From: Xylanibacter ruminicola 23
Lineage (GTDB): Bacteria; Bacteroidota; Bacteroidia; Bacteroidales; Bacteroidaceae
Assembly: GCF_000025925.1 (NCBI RefSeq)
Contig: NC_014033.1
Span: 3,450,001-3,482,000, forward strand
Direction: 5' to 3'
Length of the DNA: 32,000 nucleotides
Shown here: positions 16,850 through 24,308 of the stretch, piece after piece
Layout of the letters: every line of letters starts with the position of its first letter
Numbering within the stretch: the first letter of the stretch is position 1
The notes under the pieces: model-generated
What the model was told of the DNA's origin: nothing
Database searches by the model: none
The model's input: only the letters and a program-made list of their open reading frames with translations
Position numbers and translations under genes: made by a program

Positions 16850-17835
16850 GCAGCCTGCTCCTCATCTATAGCTTCCACCTCGTGCTTCATCGAGTTCATC
16901 AGTCCGAGCACCGCTTCTTCGGCTTTCAGACGGTCTTCTGGTTCTACCTTGCTACCGTCCTTCTTTCTTGACTTGAACAAAATTTCCAGATGATTCTCGT
17001 CGAACTCATGGCTCACAATCTTATCCGTATTGTCGCCATCGTTGTCAATGAAGCATCTGAACGTGATTCCATCGGTAGTTATCAGTTCCACAGGCTCATC
17101 TACGGCTTCGGCAAACGTTAGCATATTGCGCATGAAAACACTATTCTTATCTACATAAAGTGCTGCCTTTCTGTCTTCTGGCATTACTGTGTAATGTCCT
17201 TTATACTTAGCTTTCTTCTGCGCATAGCACACATCCAGGATTTGCCCCATGATGGAATCATCGAAATAGTCGCGTTTCTTGGCCTTCAATGCCTCCACTT
17301 TCGCCAGAATATCCTCCTTCTCCATCTCTGGTGTTCCAAAGCGCATCTGCTGGGTATGTGCCTGTTGAAGCTCCCATATCGTGAAAAGGTCGGCGGGGTA
17401 ATAGTCGGGCAGAATCTCAAACCCATAGCAATGATCCAAGAATAGTCGCTTGTCTATGACCTGTGACAGAATCTTTGCCACCTTATGCGTGTCGCTGAAA
17501 GCCTTCCTTCGCTTCTGGATGGCCACGGTACGCATGTTGTTGCGATTGTCGATAATGACAAAACACGATGGCTCGTCCTTGGCCATAGCGGGTTCAAAGT
17601 CGCGCTCCACGGGTATATCAATATTATTTGCAAAGCGCATCACCGTGATACTTGGTGCTATGCTCAAATGATACACCTTGTGTTTATATACCTTGCGGTC
17701 GGAATCTTCTCCTAAACAAAACTCGATGCTCTCATTATTTTCAAAGAGCGCATCCAAATGCTGTTGACGCAGCTGCCAGTCGTAGCAGCCTGCAGCGTAC
17801 TTGTATTTACAGTAATATTGTGCGAATTTAGACAT
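16846..17835 (-). CDS. Hypothetical protein (329 aa), first gene of a coupled operon
   Basis: A long intact ORF. The start is set at ATG 17835 (MSKFAQYY), since the track start at 17859 is a TTG. No family was recognised. Confidence 0.7.
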   Translation of the reverse strand: MSKFAQYYCKYKYAAGCYDWQLRQQHLDALFENNESIEFCLGEDSDRKVYKHKVYHLSIAPSITVMRFANNIDIPVERDFEPAMAKDEPSCFVIIDNRNNMRTVAIQKRRKAFSDTHKVAKILSQVIDKRLFLDHCYGFEILPDYYPADLFTIWELQQAHTQQMRFGTPEMEKEDILAKVEALKAKKRDYFDDSIMGQILDVCYAQKKAKYKGHYTVMPEDRKAALYVDKNSVFMRNMLTFAEAVDEPVELITTDGITFRCFIDNDGDNTDKIVSHEFDENHLEILFKSRKKDGSKVEPEDRLKAEEAVLGLMNSMKHEVEAIDEEQAA

Positions 17836-18099
17836 TGGTTTATTAATTTGTGCTGTCAAATCTCACACGAAGGCAGATTACCCCCGTGCGTGTGAATATA
17901 TAAATATTGTTAGTTACAGCATTGCTAATATCGCTCTCAGATTTTGTGTCAGTATTTAATGTTCTTATTAAACTCTGTCAGGTTGATGCTTGGCCGATAA
18001 TGCAATACAGTCGATTTAGCGTGGTTGTATATGTCCACGTTTGAGTGATATCCTAAATTGTAATTCTTCATAATTTTTTAAACAGTTTTTAATTGGCTA

Positions 18100-18195
18100 C
18101 AAAGTTACAAAAAAACCTTGTAACAGCAAAGCGATTTTGGAAGATTAACGCAATTCGGCCTGAAATAAAGGCAAAGAGGGGAAAAATGAAGAAGT
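18100..18195. repeat. Left copy of the 96-nt direct repeat bracketing the AT-rich island (partner at 28017-28112)
   Basis: The first 62 nt are identical to the partner, and 91 of 96 match overall by hand alignment. It contains a minus-strand -7 box (TAACTTTG, 18100-18107) and the hairpin gttacaa-aaaaacc-ttgtaac. Confidence 0.9.
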
Positions 18196-18260
18196 TCAAT
18201 TTGGGTCAAATAGCAAATTGTGGAGGATTGGTGAAGGAGTTAGGTTTCCAAATCGTAACC

Positions 18261-18353
18261 TCATTTAGCCATCTCCTTCATCTTTGTGACGAAGCTATTG
18301 AAGCTCGTCAGCAGCTCCTCGTAGGTACTGCGCTCAATTGATATAACTTCCAT
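18261..18353 (-). pseudogene. Truncated excisionase/HTH-like stub (30 codons)
   Basis: MEVISIERSTYEELLTSFNSFVTKMKEMAK* resembles only the N-terminal coiled segment of the ~100-aa Bacteroidales mobile-element HTH (excisionase-like) proteins. The DNA-binding part is absent. It has its own -7 box at 18380-18387. Confidence 0.35.
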
Positions 18354-18379
18354 GTCTGTTTAGTTTTAAATTCTGAGCA

Positions 18380-18387
18380 CAAAGGTA
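18380..18387 (-). promoter_or_regulatory. -7 promoter box (TACCTTTG on the minus strand)
   Basis: The plus strand reads caaaggta, 27 nt upstream of ATG 18353. Confidence 0.45.
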
Positions 18388-18494
18388 CATCATGTTTTCC
18401 AGATAGACTCATTTTGAAAATTCTCTATTGTGAAATAACAATTCAGAGGAACATAATCCTAATGTCTGCCGAGCTTGCTCATAAGGAAGCAGAC

Positions 18495-18530
18495 ACGCAT
18501 CTTTGTGTGGCACTCCACAGAAAAGTGCGT
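18495..18530. repeat. Long imperfect hairpin/palindrome upstream of the WYL gene
   Basis: acgcatctttgtgtgg-cact-ccacagaaaagtgcgt forms a 16-position stem with 13 Watson-Crick pairs, 1 G-U wobble and 2 mismatches. An adjacent 7-bp hairpin pairs tgtctgc with gcagaca. Confidence 0.6.
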
Positions 18531-18639
18531 ATTAGGCTACACCCTTCTACGGAATCAATTTGCGGCATTGCAAGCAATAAAAGACAGGTGCAACCTTGAA
18601 TTATTTCGACCTATGCCTCAATTATTCACACCTTTTTTG

Positions 18640-18647
18640 TATCTTTG
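18640..18647 (+). promoter_or_regulatory. -7 promoter box (TATCTTTG) for the WYL-exonuclease operon
   Basis: TAnnTTTG match 22 nt upstream of ATG 18669. Confidence 0.55.
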
Positions 18648-18668
18648 CAGCATCAAATATTAAAATGT

Positions 18669-19580
18669 ATGGCAAAGAACCTATTAAACAAGTACGTCTG
18701 GTTGGTGGAAACCATTTACAAAGCCAAAAGGATCTCTTTTGAGGAGATCAACCATCGTTGGCTCGATAATGATATAAGCGAGGACAAACCGTTGTCAATT
18801 AGGACTTTCCACAAATGGCGTATCGCTATCGAAGAGATGTTTGGTCTCATCATTGAGAATGAACAGGGTGGTCAGTATCGCTACTATATCCAGAATGCTG
18901 AAGAACTGAGAAGTGGCTCGATGCGCAGCTGGCTTTTCAACACGCTGACTGTCAGTAATCTGATGCTGGATAGCGTCAGCATCAAGGATAAGGTGTTGTT
19001 CGAAGAAATCCCTGATGGCGAGCAGTATCTCCCTGATATTCTTGAAGCCCTGAAGAAGAATCTGGTACTTGGAATGACTTATCAGAGTTTTACCCGTGAC
19101 GAGGCCAATACTTTCGAAATTGAGCCTTATTGTCTGAGGGCTTTTAAACAACGCTGGTACTTGGTGGCGCGTAGTCCCTATTATAATAAGATCATGATTT
19201 ACGCTTTGGATAGGGTTCAATGGCTGGGATTAACCGAAAAGACTTTCAAATACCCCAAGGATTTTATTCCTGTAGAATTCTTTGATGATTGTTTTGGCAT
19301 CATTGCTGACCAAAACGTCAGCATAGAGACTGTCAAGTTCAAGGTCTCCACAGGACAGGCAAATTATCTTCGCAGTTTGAGATTGCATCAATCACAGCAT
19401 GAGATTGAACGGACAGATGAATATAGCATCTTTACTGTCAGGCTTCGCCCTACCTTCGATTTCCGTCAGGAGATTCTCTCGCAAGGTTGTGACATCGAAG
19501 TATTGGAGCCCAAATGGTTCCGTGATGAGGTGGCAGAGATTTCAAAACACATGTGGAACAAATACAAGGATGACAAATGA
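18669..19580 (+). CDS. WYL-domain transcriptional regulator (wHTH-WYL-WCX, BrxR/CapW-like architecture)
   Basis: The central segment FKQRWYLVARS is the WYL signature. An N-terminal wHTH-like region is present. The ~300-aa length is typical. The start is set at ATG 18669. Confidence 0.8.
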   Translation: MAKNLLNKYVWLVETIYKAKRISFEEINHRWLDNDISEDKPLSIRTFHKWRIAIEEMFGLIIENEQGGQYRYYIQNAEELRSGSMRSWLFNTLTVSNLMLDSVSIKDKVLFEEIPDGEQYLPDILEALKKNLVLGMTYQSFTRDEANTFEIEPYCLRAFKQRWYLVARSPYYNKIMIYALDRVQWLGLTEKTFKYPKDFIPVEFFDDCFGIIADQNVSIETVKFKVSTGQANYLRSLRLHQSQHEIERTDEYSIFTVRLRPTFDFRQEILSQGCDIEVLEPKWFRDEVAEISKHMWNKYKDDK

Positions 19581-20068
19581 GAGACTTTGCAGCAATAGAT
19601 TTTGAGACAGCAAACAACGAGCGTACCAGTGTTTGTTCCGTTGGTGTGGTCATCGTCAGAAATGGCGAGATAGTAGACACCTTCTACTCTCTGATTCAGC
19701 CAGAGCCCAATTATTATAATTATTGGTGCAGCCAAGTGCATGGGCTTTCTCGTGAGGACACTGAGGACGCTCCTGTATTCCCAGAGGTTTGGAAGCAGAT
19801 AGAACCACTTATTGATGGCTTGCCCTTAGTGGCCCATAACAAAAGCTTTGATGAGAGTTGCCTGAAAGCCGTATTCCGTTGCTATCAGATGGATTATCCG
19901 GATTATCCGTTCTACTGCACATGTGTGGCTTCTCGCAAGGCTTTTCCACAATTACCCAACCATCAATTGCATACGGTTTCAGAATACTGTGGTTATCACC
20001 TCGAAAACCACCATCATGCCCTCGCAGATGCTGAGGCTTGTGCCTGGATAGCAAGGGAGATTCTGTAA
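19577..20068 (+). CDS. DEDDh 3'-5' exonuclease (DnaQ/epsilon-like)
   Basis: The Exo I motif is AIDFETAN, Exo II is VAHNKSFDESCL and Exo III is HHALADAEA. Its start overlaps the WYL gene stop (ATGA). Confidence 0.85.
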   Translation: MRDFAAIDFETANNERTSVCSVGVVIVRNGEIVDTFYSLIQPEPNYYNYWCSQVHGLSREDTEDAPVFPEVWKQIEPLIDGLPLVAHNKSFDESCLKAVFRCYQMDYPDYPFYCTCVASRKAFPQLPNHQLHTVSEYCGYHLENHHHALADAEACAWIAREIL

Positions 20069-20131
20069 TTATCAACTTATCAACGTTACATTATTATCCT
20101 CATAAAAAGAAAAAGAAAGAAAAATAAGATA
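20069..20131. repeat. Intergenic repeat class 1, copy 1 (partner at 21179-21241)
   Basis: ttatcaacttatcaacgttacattattatcctcataaaa aligns ungapped with ttatcaacttttccacgctacatcattatactcatataa at 33 of 39 positions. Both are followed by purine-rich aag/aaa runs. Both lie just after a stop codon. Confidence 0.75.
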
Positions 20132-20160
20132 TAAGTGTATGATGAATAAGAAAAAAGTAG

Positions 20161-20168
20161 TATCTTTG
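20161..20168 (+). promoter_or_regulatory. -7 promoter box (TATCTTTG)
   Basis: TAnnTTTG match. Its position makes ATG 20173 an unlikely start and favours ATG 20194. Confidence 0.55.
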
Positions 20169-20193
20169 CAGAATGGTTTTATCAGATAGCAAA

Positions 20194-21165
20194 ATGGACG
20201 AGAACAAGATTGTAATATATCAGACGGAAGACGGACAGACACAGATTGATGTCCGCTTGGAGAATGAGACGGTATGGTTGACGCAGGCTCAGATGGCGGA
20301 ACTATTTCAGAAAGATCAGTCTGTTATAGCTCGTCATATTAACAATGCTTTGAAGGAGGGTGAACTTGAAGAAAATAGTAATATGCATTTTTTGCATAAT
20401 ACTCAATACAAGTATCGTCCAACAAAGATTTACGACCTTGATACCATTATCTGTGTTGGCTACCGTGTTCATAGTAAACGTGGTGCTGCATTTCGTATCT
20501 GGGCACGCAAGATTATCAAGGATTATCTTGTGAAAGGCTATGCTGTAAACCAGCGCATTCATAGTGAGCAGATTGGAGAGTTGCGTCAGTTGGTAGGTAT
20601 GCTTGGGCGTACCCTGCAAAACCAACCTGTTATCTCTACTGATGAAACTGCAGCTTTGTTCGAAGTGGTTACAGATTATACTTATGCACTTGATACACTC
20701 GATAACTACGACTACGAGCGACTCGCCATCGATAAGACCACAAAAGAAGAGCCTTTCCACGCTACTTACGAAAATGCGATGGAAGCCATCAGTGGCTTGC
20801 GAGAGAAATTTGGTGGCTCAACTCTCTTTGGTAACGAGAAAGATGATTCTTTCAAGAGTAGTATTGGCCAGATCTATCAGACTTTTGGAGGTGAGGAACT
20901 CTATCCAAGTGTTGAGGAGAAAGCAGCCATGTTGCTATATCTGGTAACGAAGAACCACTCCTTTAGTGATGGCAACAAGCGTATTGCTGCCACGTTATTC
21001 CTCTGGTTTCTGAACAATAACCACATCCTGTATCGCAAAGACGGTTCAAAACGTCTGGCTGATAACACCCTCGTTGCTCTTACGTTGATGATTGCAGAGA
21101 GCAAGACGGAGGAGAAGGACGTGATGGTAAAAGTCGTGGTTAATTTAATTAATCAGAAGAACTAA
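20194..21165 (+). CDS. RhuM-family N-terminal domain fused to a Fic/Doc domain
   Basis: The N-terminal pattern IVIYQTEDGQTQIDVRLENETVWLTQAQMAELF...VGYRV.S.RG..FR.WA is RhuM-like. The C-terminal HSFSDGNKRIAATLFL matches the Fic/Doc motif HxFx(D/E)GN(G/K)R. Confidence 0.8.
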   Translation: MDENKIVIYQTEDGQTQIDVRLENETVWLTQAQMAELFQKDQSVIARHINNALKEGELEENSNMHFLHNTQYKYRPTKIYDLDTIICVGYRVHSKRGAAFRIWARKIIKDYLVKGYAVNQRIHSEQIGELRQLVGMLGRTLQNQPVISTDETAALFEVVTDYTYALDTLDNYDYERLAIDKTTKEEPFHATYENAMEAISGLREKFGGSTLFGNEKDDSFKSSIGQIYQTFGGEELYPSVEEKAAMLLYLVTKNHSFSDGNKRIAATLFLWFLNNNHILYRKDGSKRLADNTLVALTLMIAESKTEEKDVMVKVVVNLINQKN

Positions 21166-21178
21166 CCAATTTCGTCAT

Positions 21179-21241
21179 TTATCAACTTTTCCACGCTACA
21201 TCATTATACTCATATAAGAATAAGAGAAATAAGAAAAGATA
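21179..21241. repeat. Intergenic repeat class 1, copy 2
   Basis: See the copy at 20069-20131. Confidence 0.75.
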
Positions 21242-21261
21242 ATAATAATGATGTTTTTATA

Positions 21262-21300
21262 AGGTGTGCCTCAATACGGCGCACCTTTCTTGTATCTTTG
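21262..21300 (+). promoter_or_regulatory. Hairpin-plus-promoter cassette junction
   Basis: The hairpin pairs aggtgtgcc (21262-21270) with ggcgcacct (21278-21286). It is followed by ttcttg and the -7 box TATCTTTG (21293-21300). Confidence 0.6.
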
Positions 21301-21327
21301 CATCGTGAACTATAAAGATGTAACGAT

Positions 21328-21723
21328 ATGACAGTATCAGAATTATTTAAGAAGTATGACTTTGAAAGCCTACTACCGCATTTAAATCACCTCTTTATGG
21401 TGAATAGTGGGCGGCATTTCTCTGAAGCGAGTATTGAGGTGTTCAGAGGTCTTTATAAAAAATGGACCGAGTGCGAAACAAAACCTACGAATCGCCATAT
21501 CCGACTTGTATCTCGTTGGGAGCATACAAGTCCTTCCATTGATATGAATTGTCATGTTAAAGAGAAGAATGTTTTTTGCTACGCAGTAGCAGACCAGAAA
21601 GATATGATTGAAGTACTGGGCATGAAAGTGAGAGTAGATAAAGACGTTGAAATCAGCGAGGTGGAGTTGGCAGCTGGTCTCTTTTGGGAAATGACCTATT
21701 ATGGTCCTAAAGAAAATGGATAG
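21328..21723 (+). CDS. Hypothetical protein (131 aa), paralogous to the N-terminal domain of the 25486..26532 product
   Basis: ELFKKYDFESLLPHLNHL matches ELLNSVTFEEVAPCLLHL. VEISEVELAAGLFWEMTYYG matches VEATNAELAACCIWHTSFYG. It may be a DUF6557-type family, which is an unverified recollection. Confidence 0.7.
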   Translation: MTVSELFKKYDFESLLPHLNHLFMVNSGRHFSEASIEVFRGLYKKWTECETKPTNRHIRLVSRWEHTSPSIDMNCHVKEKNVFCYAVADQKDMIEVLGMKVRVDKDVEISEVELAAGLFWEMTYYGPKENG

Positions 21724-21769
21724 TTATACGAAATTATGTTAATACGCTCTATTGTTCAAAATAAAGTAG

Positions 21770-21777
21770 TATCTTTG
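21770..21777 (+). promoter_or_regulatory. -7 promoter box (TATCTTTG)
   Basis: It lies inside the long track ORF 21736..22632, which argues for the ATG 21802 start. Confidence 0.5.
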
Positions 21778-21801
21778 TTGCACCTAAAAGAAATAAGGAA
21801 T

Positions 21802-22632
21802 ATGATTAACGGATTTAAGGTTATAACCCTCTGCGGTAGCACTCGCTTCAAGGAAGAATTCTTGGAAGCACAAAAGCGTCTGACACTTGAAGGCAACATC
21901 GTTATTTCTGTGGGGCTGTTTGGCCATTCTGGTGACGATGTGGTATGGACAGAGGGAGTGAAGGATATGTTAGATCGCCAGCATCTGGCAAAGATTGACT
22001 TGGCTGATGAAATCTTTGTCATCAATGTGGGTGGTTATATTGGCGATAGCACCAGACGCGAAATCGCATATGCAGAATTCAAAGGCAAGACAATTAAATA
22101 TATGGAAAATAGTAAGAAAACAAACATCTATGAGAATTACGCTGCATTGCGCGAACTTCATGATGCAGGAAGAATCTCTGATGATGATTTTGAACAGGCG
22201 GGACGAGACTTTGACGAAAAGCGTAAAACTGCTATAGCTGAGTATAACGCATGCCAAGGTCCCTGGCCCTATCAGTGGAAAAACATAGATACTGTTGTCT
22301 GTGGAGTTTTGCAGCAGATGGACGTTGTCTCTATTGACTATTCAGACCTCAAAGATCTCTATGATGCTGATAGCGTATATGAAGTTCGCATTAAAGGAAA
22401 AGGAGCCAATGATGAAGAACAACTTCAAAACATCATTGACACAATCAGAAGTGAATACATGGCCAAACTACGTTCCCCAAGGAAGGCTGTTGTAACGTTA
22501 TGTGCTTCGTCTAATCCTTCTGGCTTACTTGAAAAACTTGCCGACTGCATGGATGGCCTGAATGTAGTTTGGCAGACAAGAACTCTCCATACAGATACAA
22601 AAGAAATAGAATTGTCAATATTATTTGTATAA
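21802..22632 (+). CDS. Nucleoside 2-deoxyribosyltransferase-like (NDT/Rcl-fold) N-terminal domain fused to an unknown ~170-aa C-terminal domain
   Basis: The N-terminal pattern is KVITLCGSTRF...LTLEGNIVIS...HLAKIDLADEIFVINVGGYIGDSTRREIAYAEFKGKTI. It resembles a phage/actinobacterial NDT-like family (GS.RF ... H..KI..AD...V.N..GY.G.ST..EI.YA...GK). This is from memory. Confidence 0.45.
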   Translation: MINGFKVITLCGSTRFKEEFLEAQKRLTLEGNIVISVGLFGHSGDDVVWTEGVKDMLDRQHLAKIDLADEIFVINVGGYIGDSTRREIAYAEFKGKTIKYMENSKKTNIYENYAALRELHDAGRISDDDFEQAGRDFDEKRKTAIAEYNACQGPWPYQWKNIDTVVCGVLQQMDVVSIDYSDLKDLYDADSVYEVRIKGKGANDEEQLQNIIDTIRSEYMAKLRSPRKAVVTLCASSNPSGLLEKLADCMDGLNVVWQTRTLHTDTKEIELSILFV

Positions 22633-22636
22633 GTAT

Positions 22637-22996
22637 ATGGAATTGTTAGAACAAAAGATAAATGAACTAATAGGACGGTTAGAGGCATTACATAAGAATC
22701 CCAATCCTGATTTTGATAGATTAAGGGAAAAAGTTGATGCTATAGAGTATGACTATTCCAAGTTAGAAGAAGAATATTATGAGTTGAGGGAAGGAGAAGA
22801 GGCATTACTTCTTCCTATAGAGTATATCGAAGACCGTCTTCAGTATGCAAATGCATTAATCTTTAGGATCTGCGATGAAAACGGATTGGAATACGCTGAT
22901 TATAATGAATATGATGGCGGAATAATTAGGGTGCCTTTGGAAGATAAGGAAGAGAATAGTTCTTTGCAATATCTGCCGATGGATAATATAGAATAA
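22637..22996 (+). CDS. Small acidic coiled-coil-like hypothetical protein (119 aa)
   Basis: ATG 22637 lies 4 nt after the upstream stop. The protein is Glu/Asp-rich (EEEYYELREGEEALL). No family was recognised. Confidence 0.6.
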   Translation: MELLEQKINELIGRLEALHKNPNPDFDRLREKVDAIEYDYSKLEEEYYELREGEEALLLPIEYIEDRLQYANALIFRICDENGLEYADYNEYDGGIIRVPLEDKEENSSLQYLPMDNIE

Positions 22997-23035
22997 GCGT
23001 GATTGTATATTTTTTATGGATATAATTGGAAAAAT

Positions 23036-24214
23036 ATGAGTGGAGAAGAATACAAAAAATGGGTTAACGAAGCATATTTATATATTAGTAAAAAGGAGGT
23101 ATATGATAGAGTAAACCAACTTAAGTATGTCAATGTAGGTTCTACTCAGTACATTCCCAAAATTGACGGAAATGTAGAATTCGTATTTCTTGGTCATGAT
23201 GCCCATGAAGGGAGAGGCGATAACGACAAATTGGATATTACCTTTGCGAAAGAAAGATTTTATAAAGGTAATGGTGATCCAAGAATTTGGCGTAAATGCC
23301 CTGAATGGAAAATATGGAATAATATGGAACGCGCTTTATGGAGAGTTGGTTTTGCTGAGATAATGGATGATAAATATATCTCAGATGAAATACTGAAGAA
23401 TACGATAGTAACCAATGCTTTGTTTTTTACTTATGCGAATGACAGCGAAAAAGCGCTCGCAAAAAAACTCAATACTCTCTTGGGACCAGATATTGTTAAT
23501 GAGTGTATGAAACGTACAGGGGAGCTTATTTTTGAGGTAATAAAACCCAAAATGGTAATATGCTCTTCTTGTTCTATGGTTTTTGAGCCTCTTATAAAGA
23601 ACTATAATGCAGATATTAGGTATGAGGTTATCCGTTTGGAAGGAACAAGTAGAAGAGTTATGAGATGTAATTATAATGGTGTTACCGTGCTAGGAATACC
23701 ACATACAAGTTATCCTGTTCCATTACCTGTGGCAGCATTTGTTCGAGACTCATATTTGGGGAAAGATAATGGATATACAATGTCAAATGTATCTTATGCG
23801 TCTTCTATTAATCCCATGCATCTTCGTGCTAAGGCACTAAAAAAAATGATTAGTAAAAATTGGGCGGTACAAAGTATTTACTATAATATACTTTACCACG
23901 AATATTATTCTACAAAAGTAGATGGAAAATATGTAAATAGCAAAGACAATATTGTTATTGATTTGACTCCTGAAGAAGACAAGAATCAATATGTGGTACT
24001 TGTATTCACACGTCAGAATGACATTGAAAAGACAAGAGATTTAATAAAAGGCATTTGGCCATATGAAAAATTCAATCCATGGGTATGCGACAAATCGCGC
24101 CATGTTCATGAGGTGATTTCTTTCGAAGAAAGCAATGAGGAGATTAAAAACAAGATGGAGAAAGTGCTACAAGAAGTGAAGGCATATCGTGACAAAGAGT
24201 ATCCTCTGAAATAA
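23036..24214 (+). CDS. Hypothetical protein (392 aa); N-terminal ~260 aa possibly uracil-DNA-glycosylase-superfamily fold
   Basis: The motifs VEFVFLGHDAHEG, IVTNALFF, IKPKMVICSSCSMVFEPL and VTVLGIPHTSYP occur in the order and approximate spacing of UDG-family motifs (GEAPG / TN.VK / P..I..LG / HPS). The motif A residues are atypical. Confidence 0.3.
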   Translation: MSGEEYKKWVNEAYLYISKKEVYDRVNQLKYVNVGSTQYIPKIDGNVEFVFLGHDAHEGRGDNDKLDITFAKERFYKGNGDPRIWRKCPEWKIWNNMERALWRVGFAEIMDDKYISDEILKNTIVTNALFFTYANDSEKALAKKLNTLLGPDIVNECMKRTGELIFEVIKPKMVICSSCSMVFEPLIKNYNADIRYEVIRLEGTSRRVMRCNYNGVTVLGIPHTSYPVPLPVAAFVRDSYLGKDNGYTMSNVSYASSINPMHLRAKALKKMISKNWAVQSIYYNILYHEYYSTKVDGKYVNSKDNIVIDLTPEEDKNQYVVLVFTRQNDIEKTRDLIKGIWPYEKFNPWVCDKSRHVHEVISFEESNEEIKNKMEKVLQEVKAYRDKEYPLK

Positions 24215-24238
24215 AAGCTTATATTATTCTTTCTTTAT

Positions 24239-24278
24239 AACCTCTGCCCTAAAACGGCATTGGGTTCTATTATCTTTG
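24239..24278 (+). promoter_or_regulatory. Intergenic repeat class 2, copy 1 (degenerate hairpin plus TATCTTTG promoter)
   Basis: aacctctgccctaaaacggcattgggttctattatctttg is the counterpart of 25035-25074. The -7 box is at 24271-24278. Confidence 0.65.
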
Positions 24279-24308
24279 CATAGTGATTAATATATAAAGA
24301 ATAAAGTT

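Noticed and set aside
17949-18071. 40-aa minus-strand ORF (MKNYNLGYHSNVDIYNHAKST...) in the leader of the three-gene operon
   Set aside because: It has only an ATG and an open frame. The composition is unremarkable and nothing marks it as coding. It is more likely part of a long 5' UTR, and conservation data would be needed.
18093-18341. 82-aa plus-strand track ORF
   Set aside because: It spans the 96-nt direct repeat and is antisense to the excisionase-like stub. In the second repeat copy the same ATG gives only 10 codons, so the repeat is not conserved as coding sequence.
20173-20193. Longer starts offered by the ORF track (20173, 21736, 23003, 25429, 8037, 2337, 17859, 18645, 31634)
   Set aside because: In each case either the codon is a TTG, or the extension contains or abuts the TAnnTTTG -7 box. 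The transcript probably starts downstream of it, so the next in-frame ATG was used.
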